Source of the DNA: Candidatus Latescibacterota bacterium
GTDB taxonomy: Bacteria; Latescibacterota; UBA2968; GCA-2709665
Length of the DNA: 64,000 bases
Reading direction: 5' to 3'
Assembly (NCBI GenBank): GCA_965219995.1
Contig: CBDCOX010000002.1
Coordinates: 3,424,001 to 3,488,000, forward strand
Shown: piece by piece, positions 59,579-64,000 of the stretch
Numbering within the stretch: the first letter of the stretch is position 1
How the letters are laid out: every line of letters starts with the position of its first letter
Notes under the pieces: model-generated
Told to the model about the DNA's origin: nothing
Database searches by the model: none
The model's input: only the letters and a program-made list of their open reading frames with translations
Translations under genes and position numbers: made by a program

Positions 59579-61315
59579 TCAGTATGCCTCAAGACCTCTG
59601 CGAACGATGTCCTTCACGTACCCCACCAGCGCTTCGTTTGCGACGTCTTTTCGTTCCAGCTCGTTCCTCATCTTCACCTCCACCTCGCCTTTCGCCAGGC
59701 CCCTGGAACCCACCGTGATCCGGATCGGGATGCCGATCAGGTCCGCATCGTTGAATTTCACGCCGGCCCGTTCGTCGCGGTCATCCACAAGCACCTCGAT
59801 CTCCTCGGCTTCCAGGTCGCGACAGATCTTCTCCGCCGCCTCCAATTCTCCCTTCGGGCGGTTTCCCGATAGCACCACGACATGTACGTGGAACGGCGCG
59901 ACCGGTATCGGCCAGACGATGCCCTGATCGTCGTGGTGTTCCTCGATCACGCAGGCCAGCAGGCGCCCCACGCCGATCCCGTAGGAACCCATCACCAGCG
60001 GACGGGCTTTGCCGTTCTCGTCCAGGAAGTTCGCGCCAAGTTTCTCGCTGTATCTGGTGCCCAGCTTGAAGATATTCCCCACTTCGACCCCGCGCGCTGA
60101 CTTCAGCGGGGTGCCGCACGAGGCGCAGGACATCCCCGCCTCCACCGCCACCAGATCTGTGACGATGTCCGCCTCGAAATCCCTGCCCACGTTCACGTTC
60201 AGGCAGTGATGGTCCACCTTGTTCGCCCCGGATACCAGGTTGGCTGATGCCGCCACCAGGTCATCCACGACAATCAGAGCATCGTCGGCGATACCGATGG
60301 GGGATCCATATCCGGGTTCGGCGCCGATCGCCCGGATTTCCTCCTCCGTCGCCGGTCGCATATCGACGGCCCCCGCGGCGTTGGCCAATTTCGTTTCGCT
60401 GAGTTCGTGGTCCCCACGCACCAGAGCGAAAATGAACCGCTCCTTTCCCTGCACGGAACCCGCCATAAATACCGCTTTGGCCGTCCGGCTCGCCGGAATG
60501 TCCAGGAACCGCGCCAGATCTTCGATGGTCGTGCAACCCGGCGTTGCCACTTCCCGGAGCGCCTCCGGCGGCTCTACGACGGCCTCCTCCTTTTCGTGCA
60601 CGGCTATCTGGCGGTTCGCACGGTACCCGCATCCGTCGCAGATCAGCAGCGTGTCCTCACCCACGGGATTCAGATACATGAATTCGTGCGCCCCGGTGCC
60701 GCCCATCATGCCGGTGTCGCTCTCCACCGATACGACCTGGCCCGCGAGGCCGACTCGACGGAAGATATTCTCGTACGCCCGGTACATATCCTGATAGACT
60801 GAATCCAGGCCGGACTCGTCCAGGTCGAAACTGTACGCGTCCTTCATGGTAAACTCCCGGACGCGGATCAGACCTCCCCGGCTCCGGGGCTCGTCGCGGA
60901 ATTTCGTCTGAATCTGGAACACGCACATGGGCAGCTGCCGGTAGCTCCGGATCTGATGCCTCGCCAGGTCCGTGACCGCTTCTTCGTGGGTCATCGCCAG
61001 GCACATATCCCGTTCCGATCGATCCTGCATCCGGAGCATTTCCGGACCCACTTCGTTCCATCGCCCGCTCTCCCGCCACAACTCGGCCGGCTGCACGATC
61101 GGCATCATCAGTTCGACACAATCGATCGCCGCCATTTCCTCCCGAAAAATCGCCTCGATCTTCCGCGCGACCCGGAGTCCCAGCGGCAGCGCGCTGAAAA
61201 TACCCGCGGCGAGGGGACGGATCAGTCCTGCCCGCAGGGCCAGCCGGTGGCTGGTCAACTCCGCGTCAGCCGGCGCCTCCCTGAGTGTCTGGGTGAACAG
61301 GCTGCTATACCGCAT
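59579..61315 (-). CDS. proS: Proline-tRNA ligase with editing domain
   Basis: THEE, QIQTKFRDEPR, REFTMKDAYSF, GVEVGNIFKLG, MGSYGIGVGR. Confidence 0.98.
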   Translation of the reverse strand: MRYSSLFTQTLREAPADAELTSHRLALRAGLIRPLAAGIFSALPLGLRVARKIEAIFREEMAAIDCVELMMPIVQPAELWRESGRWNEVGPEMLRMQDRSERDMCLAMTHEEAVTDLARHQIRSYRQLPMCVFQIQTKFRDEPRSRGGLIRVREFTMKDAYSFDLDESGLDSVYQDMYRAYENIFRRVGLAGQVVSVESDTGMMGGTGAHEFMYLNPVGEDTLLICDGCGYRANRQIAVHEKEEAVVEPPEALREVATPGCTTIEDLARFLDIPASRTAKAVFMAGSVQGKERFIFALVRGDHELSETKLANAAGAVDMRPATEEEIRAIGAEPGYGSPIGIADDALIVVDDLVAASANLVSGANKVDHHCLNVNVGRDFEADIVTDLVAVEAGMSCASCGTPLKSARGVEVGNIFKLGTRYSEKLGANFLDENGKARPLVMGSYGIGVGRLLACVIEEHHDDQGIVWPIPVAPFHVHVVVLSGNRPKGELEAAEKICRDLEAEEIEVLVDDRDERAGVKFNDADLIGIPIRITVGSRGLAKGEVEVKMRNELERKDVANEALVGYVKDIVRRGLEAY

Positions 61316-61370
61316 CCGGACTCCTTTCAATGTCCATCGATCCCCACTGCCCTTTTTCCGGGTGGCGTTA

Positions 61371-62120
61371 TTAGAAATTGAAGAGCCTCAGGGCCGTGCG
61401 GCCCATGATCCATTCAAGCTGGTCTTCAGACAAAAAACGCCACCGACGGGGCATCTCTACTGCCATCTCACAGGTCTCATGAAGACTCACGGGCGGGAAG
61501 TCGCTCCCCCACATGATCCGCTCGGCGCCGAACCGTTCAACCGCCCTCTCGATGAACGGCGTTGCCTCGTCGTAGGGATATCCCTTCCCGAATCCATAGA
61601 ATCCCGACAGCATGAATACCGTATTTTCGTAGTTCGCGTACCCCATCAGGCGCTCAAAATCGGGCGCGTCGGGCGTCTTCTCCACGTCGGGGAACCATCC
61701 CATATGTTCGATGCGAAACACGGCGCGCGGATGACGCTGAATCCGTTTCTCCATCGCGGGACGGAGCATGCCCGCCATGCCTCCGCTCAGACTGGCCATG
61801 ATACCGAGTTCGCCGACGGTATCCCAGACCGCCTCATTGTCGACAGAAGCCGGAATGCGCAGTCCCGCGAGACCGAACTCGGCCACTTCTCTGCGGATTC
61901 GCTCGCCGGCGTCCGCCGCTTCGTAGTCCACGGCGCCCAGAGACGCGAAGCGTCCCGGATAGCGGACCATACAGTCCTTCAAATAGGCGTTATCGTGACA
62001 CCCTCCGTACTGAACCAGCAGCGCCTTGTCGATGCCGGCCGAGTCCATCTGCGCCAGCAGCACTTCAACGGCAACGTATTTGGTCAGCCCCACGTGTACA
62101 TGGCCGTCGACAATGGTCAT
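61371..62120 (-). CDS. Amidohydrolase family protein
   Basis: IVDGHVH, IEHMG, FGAERIMWGSDFP. Confidence 0.9.
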   Translation of the reverse strand: MTIVDGHVHVGLTKYVAVEVLLAQMDSAGIDKALLVQYGGCHDNAYLKDCMVRYPGRFASLGAVDYEAADAGERIRREVAEFGLAGLRIPASVDNEAVWDTVGELGIMASLSGGMAGMLRPAMEKRIQRHPRAVFRIEHMGWFPDVEKTPDAPDFERLMGYANYENTVFMLSGFYGFGKGYPYDEATPFIERAVERFGAERIMWGSDFPPVSLHETCEMAVEMPRRWRFLSEDQLEWIMGRTALRLFNF

Positions 62121-62184
62121 TCCATCCCTCCTTGCCGGACTGTGCGGGACCCGAGCGTCCGGCGTTTTTTTCGGCGGCAGGCGT

Positions 62185-63009
62185 TCAGCCGATCTCAACG
62201 ACCAGCCCGTCCTCCGCCACGAGCACCTCGCCGCCGTATCCGCCCCTGATCTCTTCCGCCATCTGGTACGGGGCCGTCCGGTCTCCCGTAATATCTTCGA
62301 TCACCAGGTGTTTGATGATTACGCGCTTCACTTCGGATTCCCGCGCAATGCTCGCAATATCGGCGGGCGTGATGTGCCAGGCGCCCCAGGGCTGTGTCGC
62401 CAGGAACTCCGGCGTTCCGGAACACTCGATGGCGAGGACGTCCGCGCCTCGGCAAAAGTCCGGGAAGTCCTCATCGGGCGTTCCGTCTCCCGTAATGACC
62501 ACGCGACGGTCGCCCGCGTCGACCCGGTAGGCCAGTGTCGGGATATTCCCGTGATCGGTGAGTGTCGCGGAAACCCGGTAATCGTCCTGTTCCAGGAAGG
62601 GGTGATTTCCGTCCACTTCAATCACCTCCGGATCGAGCGGCCGGATGTCCTTTCCGTGGCTCAGCCGGCTGTTGATGTCCTGTACAAAGGGCGGCCGGAT
62701 GATTCGCTCCACGAAATCCCGGGTGCCCGTGGGACCGTAGATTTCCAATCGGCGATTCCGCACCTTGACCCATCCCGCGAAGACCAGATAGGGCACATCG
62801 ACAATATGATCGAAGTGCAGATGCGTGAGCAACAGCCGGTCCACCTCCTCGCATCCCACGCCCGCGCGCGCCAGGTTCGTGCAGGCGCTCCGGCCGCAGT
62901 CGAACATCAACACCTCGTTACCGATCCGAAGCATCTGCGCAGGACCGCCGCGAAACGGGTTGTCCCGGACGGCGCCGCTGCCCAGCATTACAAACGTCAT
63001 TCCAGCCAT
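62185..63009 (-). CDS. MBL-fold metallo-hydrolase (RNase Z/arylsulfatase-like)
   Basis: LGSG, FDCG, THLHFDH, ITGD. Confidence 0.9.
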   Translation of the reverse strand: MAGMTFVMLGSGAVRDNPFRGGPAQMLRIGNEVLMFDCGRSACTNLARAGVGCEEVDRLLLTHLHFDHIVDVPYLVFAGWVKVRNRRLEIYGPTGTRDFVERIIRPPFVQDINSRLSHGKDIRPLDPEVIEVDGNHPFLEQDDYRVSATLTDHGNIPTLAYRVDAGDRRVVITGDGTPDEDFPDFCRGADVLAIECSGTPEFLATQPWGAWHITPADIASIARESEVKRVIIKHLVIEDITGDRTAPYQMAEEIRGGYGGEVLVAEDGLVVEIG

Positions 63010-63033
63010 GTCTCTCGCTACCTATAGAAGACT

Positions 63034-63066
63034 TGAACTTACATGGATGGACAGGATGAACAGGAC
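63034..63066. repeat. 9-mer-based motif, copy 2
   Basis: ACATGGATG GACAGGATG AACAGGAC; 24 bp identical to 47912-47935. Confidence 0.8.
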
Positions 63067-63190
63067 AAAAGACCAAAAAGCGCGAGAAAGGCACGAGAAG
63101 ACGAGAAGCGGCAGTATGTTCGCCGGGTACGTCTGAAGCGACGCCCCCGCGAATGGAACGCAAACTGCCAATTTGCGGTACGGAAACCGG

Positions 63191-64000
63191 TTAATTCGAT
63201 GTGCAGGGTTTATGTTGATACGCTTCCAACGTCTTCTCCGCAATCGACTCCCACGATAACGCTTTCGCCCGCTGAAACGCGCCTTCCGATATGGCCGTCA
63301 GGTCGCGCTCCCGGATATTCTTCATGGCCCGCTCGAGCCCATCCCCGGCCCTGGCGTCGTATATGATTCCGGAGCGATCGTCCAGCAGTTCCGGAAGGCA
63401 ACCGATGCCGGGTGCGATAACCGGCCGCGCAAATGACATCGCCGTAATCGCCGAGCCGGAAGTCAGCATATCCACGAAGGGCAGCACCATGACGTCCGCA
63501 GCGTTAAAGAATAGCTGGAGTTCTTCGTCAGGGAAGAATTCGGCCGTTTGCGTCAGAATCCTCGGATCGCCGGCATGCGCCCGGGCGACCACCTCCGCGC
63601 TGTAATCGCTGTTCAACTTGGCGGCGAGGAGCAACCTCAAGTGCTCGCCGGGCAGCCGGGAGAAGATTTCGAGCAGGCTCTCGACGCCTTTGTAGCGTTT
63701 CACGTTCCCGAAGAACAGGTAGACGAACGCTTCATCGACGATGTCCAATTCTCGCCTGGCCTCGTCGCGCGACATCGTATTCTCGTACACATCGATAAAG
63801 TGTCCGTGGGGTATCGTAAATATGCCATGCGTCCGGTGAAAGTGCGCCGCCACCTGCCCGCGACCGTACTCGCAGTGCACGATGAGGGCCGTCGCAAGCT
63901 GCGTTATGGCGAGGCGTGCCAGACGATCCAGGCCCGGATGCGGACGCTCGTGGGGATACAGATTGTGGACCGTCCATACAATTCTGTAACCCAATGACCG
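63191..64000 (-). CDS. Glycosyltransferase family 4 (5' end outside the window)
   Basis: WTVHNLYPH, IPHG, FFGNVKRYKG, AADVMVLP, TSGS. Confidence 0.9.
   Translation of the reverse strand, partial: RSLGYRIVWTVHNLYPHERPHPGLDRLARLAITQLATALIVHCEYGRGQVAAHFHRTHGIFTIPHGHFIDVYENTMSRDEARRELDIVDEAFVYLFFGNVKRYKGVESLLEIFSRLPGEHLRLLLAAKLNSDYSAEVVARAHAGDPRILTQTAEFFPDEELQLFFNAADVMVLPFVDMLTSGSAITAMSFARPVIAPGIGCLPELLDDRSGIIYDARAGDGLERAMKNIRERDLTAISEGAFQRAKALSWESIAEKTLEAYQHKPCTSN

Overview
GC-rich bacterial chromosomal segment. A PorV/PorQ-like gene, a DUF5683 gene, a DUF6785-type membrane protein and multiple PhyH and Gfo/Idh/MocA paralogues suggest an FCB-superphylum organism such as Latescibacterota or Gemmatimonadota; this is inference. 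Contents in order: a tRNA-Lys(CTT) followed by a decayed toxin-antitoxin/Fic patch; moaC-moeA; rne/rng-rplU-rpmA-mdh; acnA; a LysR regulator; gpmI-sucC; fmdB-like-dnaK; a nine-gene variant System I cytochrome c maturation operon with Cys-type CcmE; kdgK-eda-ROK; tgt-yajC-fmt; a roughly 10.5 kb uncharacterised catabolic operon; ridA-proS; and a GT4 glycosyltransferase cut by the window edge. The most striking unexplained structure is a family of five co-oriented, modular intergenic elements. Inverted arms of 7-mer repeats (AGACGGT/AGACGTN) enclose one or two ~77-bp hairpin cores, most of which hold a 16-codon ORF, and one copy carries an unrelated insert. Several other small repeat families (MITE, REP, 7-mer and 9-mer tracts) also occur. 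All calls come from reading the sequence and the ORF track; no database searches were run.
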